Of a DNA stretch of 64,000 nt, positions 1 through 12,661 are shown in pieces. Within the stretch, counting starts at the first letter, position 1. Each line of letters opens with the position of its first letter. The notes beneath the pieces are model-generated. The model was not told the DNA's origin and made no database searches. It saw only the letters and a list, made by a program, of their open reading frames with translations. The position numbers and the translations under genes are program-made. The DNA is taken from contig OX597831.1 in assembly GCA_951406725.2 (NCBI GenBank), forward strand, positions 50,158,001 through 50,222,000, read 5' to 3'. The stretch is from Octopus vulgaris. Its lineage: Eukaryota.

Positions 1-6
1 AACGAA

Positions 7-43
<37 letters not shown>

Positions 44-1038
44 GGTTAAGAATAGCGGACGGGCTAACGGAGACACTTAGTGTTAAAATGGTACAGATGC
101 ACATAATACAAAGCAAATTTCGAAGTAACCGACCGATCTTTCCCGATTACCCATCATTTCCAAGTGAGTGCTAGCTCTGTATAATATATCTATGATTCTT
201 AACAATAAGGCCTTATATTGCTATGTGTGGCTTTCATAGGCGAAACATACGATGAAAGTAGAGTAAATTTTGTTTATAAAATACCATTTTGACTGCAACT
301 TTAAGTTTGTTCACTGGTTCAATAAGCCTTGAGGCATATACTAAGTACTAAACGAGACTTCAAAAAACGTCATACAAAATCTAAATAAAAGAATTTCACC
401 AGGAAATTAAGTTTAAGTTCTGCAGGTTTAATACATTTTGAATTCCAGTCAAACTAAAGTGTTTAAGTGCTAATATAAATGTTACGTTGTTCTCTTCGTA
501 TATGTGTGTATATGTGTGTATATATGCGATTTACAACCTGTATGTTTAAACAACTTCCATTCACACGTACCTGACACATCAACTTATATATGAAAATAAA
601 TTTTCAACTCTATAATTCAACTAGTTTTAATAGACGCAGTGCGTTGGCAATCCCATTTCACAAATCACCAATGGTTGGCCTTTAGTTGCTTCGATATTTT
701 ACATTTATTAATATTTAATCATTAATTACTGATACTTACGTTTATTTACTCATCTTTGTATTTTGATAGTTTTCTTCTTCTTTAGTCTGTCTCTGCATTT
801 GAACTTCTTTTTCTCTTTTCTTTTTTTTTTGTCTTTGAATTTACATACCGGATGTCTGCTGAAATTACATTAAAATCTCATCGGAAGAGCAACAACTTTA
901 GCTCATAATCTAAGCACAAATGCCTATTTAAGTAAATTTTACATCCTCTTTCTTGATAATTAAATAGCAAAAGAAAAATCTTTCTGCAGTGTCTGAATAA
1001 GCCATCATGCGAAAATTTAATATGGAATTTTACCTTAC

Positions 1039-1074
<36 letters not shown>

Positions 1075-1079
<5 letters not shown>

Positions 1080-2414
1080 TCTATGGTTGCAGAACAAACA
1101 AATACAAGGTCATCCACGTAACATTTCATATCTCGAACATTTAATCATTGAATATACATGTATAACATCACGGAAGATGAAACATAACTCATCAGTACAA
1201 GCATATAAGAAAATGCGAGAAAAATGTGTGAATACAGTTCATCACGGTTAAAAGTTAATACTTTAGCGATTAAGAAATATATATATTTAAAAAAAAACAT
1301 TACAACACATAGAATAATAAATACGTAAAAATATAAAGTAATATATAAATATATAGATATATAAAAATATATAAAAATACATATATATAGGAAGCATATA
1401 AATAAGTAATATATAAAGTATATAAGGTAAGATAAAAGTTCATCGTTCAGAAAAATTAAATGAGACAAATGTAGCTGTCCTATTAAAGTATTTTGTTCCT
1501 GATAAGAAACAATCACTGTATTATTGACACTTTTGCTCTTTTGAGCACTTCATATATGCTGCATAATGAATAAGCACTGTCTAGGTTTTTCCACAAAGAA
1601 TATTCCCATACCCTCGAATAATGCATACATGGAATCATTGATCCATCGAACCACGGAATTCATTAACAGGCTAAGATGGCGAGCCTACTTCTTTGATTTG
1701 AAAAATAATAAGAAGAGTGACAGCAGTTCTAATGAATCCAACTTTCCCGGCGAGAAAAATAATTTAACCTTAAAACCTATAGATATCCTCCGTCCAACCC
1801 AGCTCTTGCTGAGTTTGAACAGGACCTGATGAACTTAATTAAGCGTTTGAAATTTTCAAAATACACCAATCCCTTCCAGAAGGTGCTATCTCAGAAGATA
1901 TCGTCCATATCCTTATCTGAAAAGTAATTTTTAAGAAAAAAAATTTTTTTTAATTTCTAAACGATGAAATTTTATCTTACCTTATATATTATATATTACT
2001 TATTTATATGCTCCCTATATATATGTATTTTTATATATTTTTATATATCTATATAGTTATATATTACTTTATATTTTTACGTATTTATTATTCTATGTGT
2101 TGTAATGTTTTTAAAAAATATATATATTTCTTAATCGCTAAAGTATTAACTTTTAACCGTGATGAAATGTATTCACACGTCTTTCTCGCATTTTCTTATA
2201 TGCTTGTACTGATGAGTTATGTTTCATCTTCCGTGATGTTATACATGTATATTCTATGATTAAATGTTCGAGATATGAAATGTTACGTGGATGACCTTGT
2301 ATTTGTTTGTTCTGCAACCATAGTTTAATATATTTGTCTCATTTAATTGAGCACTTCCGTAGCAGTCCTATTAAACATTTTGTTCCTGATAAGAAACAAT
2401 CACTGTATTATTGA
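1075..2414 (+). mobile_element. Internally deleted Penelope-like element with inverted 5' pseudo-LTR and direct 3' pseudo-LTR
   Basis: 1075-1460 is a near-identical reverse complement of ~1950-2332. 1471-1527 is directly repeated at 2359-2414. The interior encodes a PLE ORF N-terminus. (TA)n lies on both sides. Confidence 0.8.
1566..1925 (+). pseudogene. PLE ORF N-terminal fragment, frameshifted and truncated
   Basis: FSTKNIPIPS..LIHRTTEFINRLRWRAYFF, then after a frameshift YPPSNPALAEFEQDLMNLIKRLKFSKYTNPFQKVL. These motifs are typical of the region upstream of PLE RT. Confidence 0.75.
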
Positions 2415-3079
2415 TATATATATATATATATGTATGTATGTATGTATGTGTGTGTCTGTGTATCTGTGTGTGTATGTGTGCATGTATATATCTGTGTGTG
2501 TGTGTGTATCTATCTGTCGACTACTAGAATGGCATTTTACGGCAGACTGCTGTACAGTGGCAGATAAAAAGTTTCAAGCTGAGAAAAATATAAATCTGTA
2601 TCACCATTCCTTTGAATGACAGATGGTATGAAGCTTCCTCAAGAGCTCTAAAGAATCTTTGAAGTATTTCACATTTAAAGAAGAAACCGTTAAGATGACC
2701 ATAATATTATATTGTCTAAAAACAAAATTTCTTTACTTTTCTACTTTATTATTGCTTGTCTCTTTTCAAGTCACGATACTTCTTGACCGGTCAACTCAAA
2801 CGATATTTTTTTTAGATGGAGGGTGACATTAGGGCTGGTGATGAGCATATAACCTTTATGAACGATTCTGACCAATCAATCGTTGGTAGTTTGTCTAGGA
2901 CAAGTCATATGTTAATCGCCGCATATTTTACTAAATAATAAAGCAATGCTCTCGAGATGAGTGAACCGCGAAACAATTGTAAACAATTTGTGCGTTTTCA
3001 AGTAGGTGTTCGATACAGCAGTCTCCGTATTGCCATCTTTTTAATAGCCTGAACATGCGTATGCGCTTAATAGGGTAAA

Positions 3080-3290
3080 CTTCAAGTTTGCTTCTCAGCC
3101 CCATAGTTGTGGGTTCATTCCCACTGCATGGAACATTGGGCGAGTTTCGTCTACTATAGTTTTGGATCGACCAAAGGCTTCTGAGTGGATTAGGTAGCCG
3201 GAAACTGAAAGAAGCCCGTCGTATATGAGTGTGCGTCTTTGTGTATGTGTGAGTCCACCATCACCGTGTTACAACCGGTGTTGGTGCATT
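3080..3290 (+). mobile_element. tRNA-derived SINE family A, diverged partial copy
   Basis: Contains gagtggattaggtagccggaaactgaaagaagcccgtcg, shared with copies at 9.6, 19.1, 37.1 and 57.2 kb. Confidence 0.75.
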
Positions 3291-3294
3291 TAGG

Positions 3295-3994
3295 TAGGTT
3301 GTGAAGATTTATCTTTGTCAATCCACTGACTTTTGCGTTTAACATTGCCATAAAAAATCCATTTTTCACCACCTGTAATGATTACTATTGAGAAAGGGGC
3401 CATGTCTCTGCCTTGGAAGAAAACTTGTGGCTGCGATCTTCCCTATGCTTTTCACAAACACAAACACTCGGTTTGTTAACTTTCCTATCTTTTCCAAAGG
3501 GAGGAAGATGGTGGAATGGGGTGTGTTGATGTCAAGTGCTAAAGCCCGAGTACTTTTGAGGAATGAGGATTGAATTCCACTAATTCACTTAGAGCATTTT
3601 GATCGAAGTCGGGTGAGCGTCCTGAACTGAGCTGATCTCTCAGTGACAAACCTCCAGGACAAAAAACTTTGCAAACCAATTTAGCATTTGCCGGTCAGTA
3701 TTGACACCTTGGCTATAAACACTGCATATTTCCTTAGCTATTTCTGTGACGTTTTTTTTTCCATTCTTAAACTCACACAGAATAAAAATTACTAATATAC
3801 ATTTTCATTTCATCTATTTTCAGGGAGTGTAATTTAATATTAAACGATGATGCGCACGCTTTCACAGCTTAAATATGAACGATAGATGTGGCTCTTTTAT
3901 AAACGGTAGTTTTCGTTTCAGTTTTCTGAATTTCGAAATGCGTCGTTAAAATTTACTTCCAAACAACGGAAAGTATTTATGACTCGACCCAATA
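3295..3994 (-). mobile_element. Decayed mariner, 5' half
   Basis: Minus strand reads GRSPDFDQNALSELVE..STRALALDINTPHSTIF..ITGGEKWIFYGNVKRKSQW (cf. the TGDEKWI motif). Mariner-like TIR tattgggtcgagtcataaata at ~3994. Confidence 0.7.
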
Positions 3995-6900
3995 GACAGA
4001 TAAACATCTATGTAAGATGCATATAAGTACGTTTGCGATTTTCCCACACAAGCTCGAAACATATATGTCTTCATGCATATTTAATATACTTACGTACATA
4101 CAAGCATTTGTACACACATACTACACACGCAGACTTATACACATACACGAACTAAAATAATGTAAAATGTAGCTTAAGTGAATGATATCGTTGAGACTAT
4201 CTGTGAGCAGTATATTTCCTTTCCCAACATGACATTCTAATGCCATCGATATTCAATATCTTTTACATATAGATGTAGAAAAATGTATATTTGGTTGATT
4301 TATTTTTCATTTATTCTATGAATCTTCTGCGTATTATATGTTGTTAGTAACAACCTGAATTCATTTGCTTTAGAAATAGAAATTCAATATACATTTTTGT
4401 ATATTTTCTGAAACCCTTCAGTGTGTCAGTCCCCCGATTTTCTTTCAAATCTTATAGATCGACTTTTTGTAAATAGTGGCGTATCACCTCTCTCTCTCTC
4501 TCTCTCTCTCTTTTCGCTACCCCATCTCTTTCCTTCTCTCTCTCTCTTTCTCTCTCTCTATCTGTCTCTCTTATGTCCTTTCTCTATCTGTCTCTCTTCC
4601 TCCTCCCTCTCTCATCCTTTCTGCTTGCCCAACTCATAACTCATAAGTGCATCGAATGCAATACACTGTTAGGTTATTTTTAAATAACTCTTTCCAGGTT
4701 AGGAACACTATGTGTCCAAGGTGTTGTAGATTTTCCTGAGTGTTTAAAATGTGTATAGTCAGAAGCATATTTTTTTCGGTGTAAGGTGATCAATCCAATG
4801 TCCATCTTCCAAGACATGATGGGGGGCGGTTATCTGTCGGTGTTTCCCTCCGTTACACGATCGCAGTGCTGCCCAAGCTTAAGGGTTACATCTGCCTCTG
4901 ATCTCGAATCTGGGTTCCCTTCTTATTCCGATCTTCCTAGTCTGTGACTTTTCTCAAAGCTCATATCTAGATCTCCTCTTCATATTGCAACATTCGTTTG
5001 CATCCGTGCTGTGTTAGTCACTTCCAAGGTCATTCCACCGTCCCCCGTGTCCCGTGAGAGCACCAATATTAACATAGCGTTTAGGTGTTACTAAAGAATT
5101 TACCCGCTGCTAGGTTAGCACTAAGAACATTAAACCGGAATCTCTTAGAATGCAAATAAGCGACGTACTTAATCCTAACATTCCACTAATGATCATTATG
5201 AAAATATGTGTTTGGTCTTGTCGCTCCAGCAGACACAGATCATCATCACATTCATAAAATTTGCGCATAATAATAAAACCCAGTCTCTTGTGAGCCAACA
5301 AAAATGCTTCTATTTGATTGTTTACATACAACAAATAGTTATGGAATTTCACTCAGTTCATGCGCTCCATCTTTAAACGGCGTTCAGTTAATGTTATATT
5401 GGATTCTATATCTACAGAAAACGAGGGAATATCTTATACACTATTTCAATTTCTACATATATTCTCAATCTGCTCGTCTGGGATTTGATATTCATCTAAC
5501 ATAGAGAAGAGACAAATTGTTAAGTATAAGTTTAAGGAAAACGTGTTTCAATTCACAACAGCGATACATTGCAGATGATACAGGAGCAGTTTACGAAGAA
5601 TCGAAGAGTTGATGTTATTTTAGTACTAGCCAGATAATAAATATGGTTTAGGGTCAGTATATTTGTGAGTTGTAATTCTAAAAATACAATAAATGTTTCG
5701 AACGGCAACGAGAAACTCAGAGTAACAGATTTTGTTGAATTTTCTGCTGCTTAAAATAAAGTATATATATATATATATATATATACATGATATATGCGTA
5801 TACTTATCGTAATTCTTGGTGCACAACAATCACTTCCATAAAATGTACACACTCTCATAGGTATAGTTTATTTATCATTTTGGACTATACATATAAATAG
5901 ATTTATAGTATTTCCACTTTTTTCATTATTATTAGTAGTATTATTTTTATTTATTTATTATTATTATTACTGCTTCTAACGTTTTTCAACTTCGTATTAA
6001 CAGCGATTAATACAAGTAACGTATTATACGTTATATTCTACATTTCACTTATAAAACTTATAAAGTTTATACAGGTAGATATGTCGTACATTATACATAG
6101 AATTTTATATAGGTCTAAGGATGTATATATGTGTGTATCTATCTGCATATGTACACATGTGTATATATATATATAAATGCACATACTTTTTATTTCGTAG
6201 ACTTGTTCCTTTTAAATGAATCAGTATACAATATATATATTTTGAAATAATATTCTTCTCTTATATAGGAAATTTTATATATATGAATTATTTCTCGTAT
6301 CTTTGATATACTTATTTTTTCGCACCTATCACTCCTTAATAATAAAAATACTTTTTACTTACATTTACTTTCATCACTACATTATATAAATAAGAAAATT
6401 ATTTATAAAAATATCACTACGGATTTTTATCTCTTTTATGCATAACTAGATTCTCAATTTATATTGTAATTTGTTTTAGTATCTAACATAGTTAACATTA
6501 AAATATAGAAACGTGAAATTTTTCGAAAAGTCTTTCTTACGAATTTATCTTAGCTTTATCTGCCTTACATTGTTACCTTATTCAACCTCTCAAAAGCACT
6601 TATCACTGTATATTCTTCTTCAATAAGCTTAACCACTGCAAATAGTTTCATTCTCAAATATGTAATATTAACAATGATTCTTCCCTTTTTAGTCGTTCCT
6701 CTTAGACTTATTTCACACAAACGAATATATTACATTTTAACTAATAATAAATATTTTTTCCCATTATATTAACCTAATAATTATTTCCTCACAATCATAA
6801 ACCTTTTCATCGTTTGAAATTCAAGTAACGTATATAAAATTCTATTAACTACTCGTATTTCTTATTCAAGGAAGTTTTTTTAAAATTTCTTTTAATATAC

Positions 6901-7018
6901 ATCATACATGGTTCTCATTATTTTCATTATATACCACCATTAATGTCAGTCAAATATAAATTTAAATATAGCTATGCTGTTCTATTGGACGCTTATTTAT
7001 TTATATACACACACACAC

Positions 7019-7049
<31 letters not shown>

Positions 7050-7765
7050 TACACACATATATATAGGAATATATACATATATATGTATATATATATATAT
7101 ACATACATAATATTTACATGATATTTTACTTCTTATGGTAAATGCTTTATATGGAATATATAACACTTAATTACTTATCTTCTTATAGAGAGAATGTTTC
7201 TTAAACATTTTTCACTTATACTTTCAAACAGCCGTTAGCCGCCTCAGATATAGTTTATACACTACTAGACTCAACATTATCTTAGCATTTTTTATCTTTC
7301 ATACGCATATTATGCATATCCGAATACGTTATGTGACACTCCATCTAGTTTTCTGTAACAATACAATATTCTTTGACTTATTCTTTGTGATGTATTCTTT
7401 TTGATGTATTCTTTTTTGGCATTGAGGAAAACAGTAATATGCAAATAATTTAATTATAATTATAATGAATTAATTTCTAATTTTTACCATGTTATTTACA
7501 TGTTAATATTACCATTCGAAACGATTGTAGGCATGGATTAAATTATTTTAGGATTTCTAAAACATTCTCTTCCCCATCTTTAATTGTTTGATGAGTTTCT
7601 ATAGGATACGTGTTCTATAAGTGCTCATAATACACCTTATACTTGTAATATTTTCATATTCGAAAAAATACAACAGTAAACTACCAATGTAATATGAAGA
7701 ATCTTTATGAGAAATTGACATTTGGAACCCCCTAGAGTAAAAGAGGAAAACACTCACCCTTTTCT

Positions 7766-7820
<55 letters not shown>

Positions 7821-8153
7821 AATGTATATATGTATGATATATATATATATATATATACATATATTTATATGTATATATATATCCCTAAGGGTTACATTTT
7901 GATTGGATTGATACTCTGTGAGTAGTAACTCTGTAGAAACTTGTATGCATTGTTCCTCTAATCCAAAAGTTACAGTCTTGTCACACATTGGTTCTACTTA
8001 AGAATTACGTTAAATGTGCACGTGTCTTACACGTTAATGTACAATAGAAGATACTTCAGTTAAGAACAACTGAATCCAAATCGTCGACCGTCGAATATCC
8101 ATCACCAAAATATATACGCACACATACAGGAACGCACGTAATTGTATTTTCCT

Positions 8154-8187
<34 letters not shown>

Positions 8188-8699
8188 GTGCATGATCCAA
8201 CAAGACTAATACATTGTTTATTCTGGTTTCAGAATTGTTGTGCATATGTTTGTTTACTATATCTAACTTGCTTTTACAATGATTAATCAGCTTGCATTTA
8301 TGTACGCAAAGGAAATTTAATTCATTTTTCATAAGGTAGGACCTAATCTTTACATAGCATTTTAAAGAAATTTTACCCACAAATCAATGCAACTCAGAAG
8401 ATATACAGTTAAATTACTTGAAATAAATTGTTCGATCAAATTATCTTTTGTATTTTGTAAGACTGAGTTTCATGGATGGAAACCGTGCCTGTATGTGCCG
8501 ACAAGATGCGTTTTAGAAAATGTGAAGCTGATCCATATTAGAAGTGGAGTCCTTTGTTCTAGTTTCCTAACTTTTGTAACACCTCATATCAACCAATGTT
8601 GACATGGGTTATTCTGATTTCTCATATAACTTTTTTTTTCATATTACAGATTATTTCCAATTAAGCTGGTGTATGTCTTGTGGAGTGAGGTCAAAGCAG

Positions 8700-9030
8700 C
8701 ATAAATTGCATGAAATTATGAACTCAGTCACTAAGCTAAACGCGTGATGGGAGACAACGTCGAGGCTAAGGCATATGTGTTGAGTTTAAGTTGGTCAGGT
8801 TGTAGTTGATGTAGTTTTCGGTTGACTTCAACGGAGTTGCGGATATGTCCAGGAAAAGTAGAGAGTAAGGGCTTGAGGATCTGGGAGAGGAGCCAGACGA
8901 TTTCATAGAGGGGTCTTTCGATACCGGAGACAATTGGTCCAATCTGTACATCAGCAATTGTTTTGTGGGTTTCGATGAGGTGGTAGAACGTTGGCAGTCT
9001 ACTGTTCTTGGTGGTGAAGTTGAACAAATA
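8700..9030 (-). pseudogene. PLE reverse transcriptase fragment
   Basis: RLPTFYHLIETHK..IGPIVSGIERPLYEIVWLLSQILKPLL..GHIRNS matches the start of the PLE RT domain. Confidence 0.75.
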
Positions 9031-9047
9031 ATTGCATAACTCCCTTT

Positions 9048-9521
9048 TACTCTTTTACTCTCTTACTTGTTTCAGTCATTTGACTGTGGCCATGCTGGAG
9101 TAACGCCTTTAGACGAGCAAATCGAGCCTCCGGATTTATTCTTTCTAAGCCTAGTACTTATTCTATCGGTCTTTTTGCCGAACCGCTAAGTTACGGGGAT
9201 GTAAACACACCAGCATCGGTTGTCAAGCGATGTTGAGGAGACAAACACAAACACACAAACATATACACACACGACGAGCAGGCAGAAACGTTAGCACGCC
9301 GGGTGAAATGCTTAGCGGTAGTTCGTCGGCCGCTACGTTCTGAGTTCAAATTCCGGCGAGGTCGACTTTGCCTTTCATCATTTCGGGATCGATAAATTAA
9401 GTACCAGTTACGCACTGGGAGCGGTGTAATCGACTTAATCCGTTTGTCTGTCCTTGTTTGTCCTGTCTGTGTTTAGCCCCTTGTGGGTACTAGAGAAATA
9501 ACAAACATACACACACATACT

Positions 9522-9552
<31 letters not shown>

Positions 9553-9703
9553 GTATATATATATACATATATACGACGAGCTTCTTTCAGTTTACGTCTA
9601 CCAAATCCACTCACAAGGCTGTAATCGGCCCGAGGCAGTGGGACTAAACCCGGAACCATGTGGTTCGTAAGCAAGCTACTTACTACACAGCCACTCCTGC
9701 GCC
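9048..9703 (-). mobile_element. SINE family A with a nested family B SINE (~9272-9500, + strand) in its internal microsatellite
   Basis: Minus-strand head ggcgcaggagtggctgtgtagtaag (A box) and gttccgggtttagtccc (B box). Body near-identical to 18755-19220 and 56945-57350. Confidence 0.85.
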
Positions 9704-9894
9704 TATAGTAGAAGATTTATGCAACCATGCAACTCATCTGTCCAGTCATCAATGATGTGCAATAACTACAAAAATCTCCAAATCTTAAAGCTCAAAATAT
9801 GTTTTCTTCCCTTTTACACATAATCAACAATCTTCTATTTATATACGTATGTGTGTGTGTATGTATATTGTATTTTATATGTGTGTGTATATAA

Positions 9895-10059
9895 GCGCAG
9901 GTGTGGCTATGTGGTAAAAAAACTTGCTTGTCAACAACATGGTTTCGGGTTCAATCCCCCTGCGTGACATCTTGGGCAGGTGACTACTATTATGGCTTTG
10001 GACACATCAAGATTTTGTTAGTAGATTTGGTAGACAGTTACTGAAAGGAACCCGTCGCA

Positions 10060-10110
<51 letters not shown>

Positions 10111-10366
10111 TATACATATATGCATACATAAGTATATATATTTATGTATGTGTGTGTTTGTGTCTGAGCTTCTCTGCCACCGGCGCTTGACAACCAGATT
10201 TGGTGTGTGTGCATCCCTGCAACTTAGCAGTTCGGTAAACGGAACCGAATAGAAGAAGTATCAAGCTTAATATATATGTACTGGGGTTGATTCCTTCGAT
10301 TAAAAATTCAAGATGGTGTTCCACCATGGCTGCAGTCTGATAACTGAAACAAGTAAAAGATAAAAG
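9895..10366 (+). mobile_element. SINE family A
   Basis: Head gcgcaggtgtggctatgtggtaa..gggttcaatccc, internal (TA)n/(TG)n, tail ctgaaacaagtaaaagataaaag. Confidence 0.85.
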
Positions 10367-12119
10367 CCAGAAGATATGTATTGTGTATATAATTTTAGAT
10401 TTGTACGTTTTGTCGATGGATATTTGAGTGATTGGATTCATCGACAGATTAACGGTTAGTTGCTTGGGTGTGTTGATTAAAATAATTTAGCATGTAAATG
10501 TATGCGTTTGTTCATTCATTCTTTGTATCTTGTTATATCTATTTGTGGATGAATTTATGTATATGTGTTTGAATACACATATAAATGTAAGGTCGTATGT
10601 AAATATATGTGTGTGAATGCGTAAATGTGTCAGTGGGCGTAGATGTGGGTGCGTATATATATCAGTACCTATGTGTAAGTATGATGGGCATATACATTTG
10701 TGTGCTTTATGTGTGCATGTGTGTGTATGTAGTTTGGTGTATATATGCACACACGCGTTTATAAGTATATGTACATGTGTGTACGTATTCCTTGTGTATG
10801 CGAATGTGTGTGTGTATATATGTGATGACACTATAATATATGTCGTCATCATCATCATCATCATCTTCATCATAATAGACTTACATATCCATATGTGTGT
10901 GCAGTTATGTACACGTAGTAATGCAAATTTGCTTGTGCGTGTGTGTGTGTGTGTGTAAGATTTTATACTTGAATGAACTGATATTATTTCGATTTTAAGT
11001 TTAAGATGACAATCTTTTATAGTATGCTATTCTACTCCCATCGATATCGTTTTAGACAAATTGGAAAAATGACATTCTAGAATGAAAAAAAAAAAAAAAA
11101 AAAATACAGAAATTGCATTTCAGTTCTAATTTTGTTTGATAAATTTCCTATATAACAAGCATTTCTAATGCTATAAGTTCACTGTGCTATAAGTTATATC
11201 ATTCTTTATTTGCTAGAGAAACAAACATTGAAAAGATTTTGTACAATTTTTGAAGCCCTTCATATTGTCAATATCGTTTTTCTTTCAGATCTTAAAGATC
11301 ACAACGCTATGTTAGCTTTATGACAGACATCACTCAAGGTATTACACTTTCATTCAACTTGTTAGCGAACATGAATGCAATTTCTCAATTACACTTTTTT
11401 TGGCAATATTTTACTAATTATATTTTTTGTTTGTTTCAAATAAACAAAATATATCTCTGTTCCTTTCTCGGGAGCATCTTAGAGTATCGATCCTTTGATG
11501 GTCGATTTTGTTCCTGAACTTTAATGGCTTAGATCAAACAGGCTGTATCTTGTTTTATTTTGTTATGAGTTGCATGCGCCACAGTATTCTTTTATAGGGA
11601 TAGAAATATGTTATTCGATTAAAAAGACAACTTGATTGTCTTCATTTTATGAAATCGGGAATTAGAAATCAGACGGTAAAAGTGTAAATAAAATCTCATA
11701 GTGCACTAGTTTGTTGCCTTACGAATTCTCTTTCTAATGCCTTAGTCAGAAACATGTGAAACAAAAAATAAATGTAATATTGATTCAGTGGACACTCATC
11801 TCAGATGTTAATGAAATAAGACGATATAATTTCTATAATCAGTACAAGGTTTGATTTTCGCTCTCTTTCAGAAATGCATGAACGTAATTATTTTTATTCT
11901 ACATCATATCAGGGATATTTTTTTACTCATCGGTATGTCGATTAGAAAAATACTCTGAATTACCGCTACTTGTCTGTTACAAATAACATAAACTCTATCT
12001 AATTTTCTGTTCACAGTAAGTTGAGAAACAAAACAGAACGTAGAACATTATCCATATACGGCTTCGATATTTGAAGCTTTTAATATTTGTACTTGAATAA
12101 GTTATTCTAACAACGTTTT

Positions 12120-12165
12120 GATGACGACGACGACGACGATGATGATGATGTTGATGATGGTGATA

Positions 12166-12231
<66 letters not shown>

Positions 12232-12340
12232 GTTATTATTATTATTGTTGTTGTTGTTGTTGTTGTTATTATTATTATTATTATTATCATTATTATTATC
12301 ATTATTATTATCATTATTATTATCATTATTATTATTATTA
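12120..12340. repeat. Compound (GAC/GAT/ATT/GTT)n trinucleotide microsatellite
   Basis: Directly visible; source of the poly-I/poly-L ORFs. Confidence 0.95.
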
Positions 12341-12348
12341 ACATATAT

Positions 12349-12608
12349 AGAAGAGTGCCATTCTTATCAAATGAACAATATTTCGACATCTTGTAAGTCT
12401 TCCATAGGTTCAAAAATAAACATTTCAATCTACTTCATTTTGGTAATATTTATAGGATGGAGGTTACTCCTCCATAAAATATAGAAGCAAATAAAGAAGA
12501 GTGCTATTGTTATGAAATGAACAATATTTGACAAGTTTATTTTTGTACCTGTAGAAGACACACGAGATGTCGAAATACAGTTCATTTGATAACAATCGCA
12601 CTCTTCTT
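12349..12608. repeat. Fold-back element: ~70-bp inverted arms plus a short direct repeat, probable PLE pseudo-LTR remnant
   Basis: 12351-12421 is the reverse complement of ~12535-12605. gaagagtgc..aaatgaacaatattt is repeated at 12350 and 12497. Confidence 0.7.
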
Positions 12609-12625
12609 TATTATCATCATCATCA

Positions 12626-12660
<35 letters not shown>

Positions 12661-12661
<1 letters not shown>

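Noticed and set aside
1145-2259. Two similar hydrophobic ORFs (1145-1516 minus, 2008-2259 plus) that look like duplicated membrane proteins
   Set aside because: They are translations of the two arms of an AT-rich inverted repeat.
4690-5070. GC-richer block, possibly a LINE 5' region or an exon
   Set aside because: No open frame or recognisable motif on either strand.
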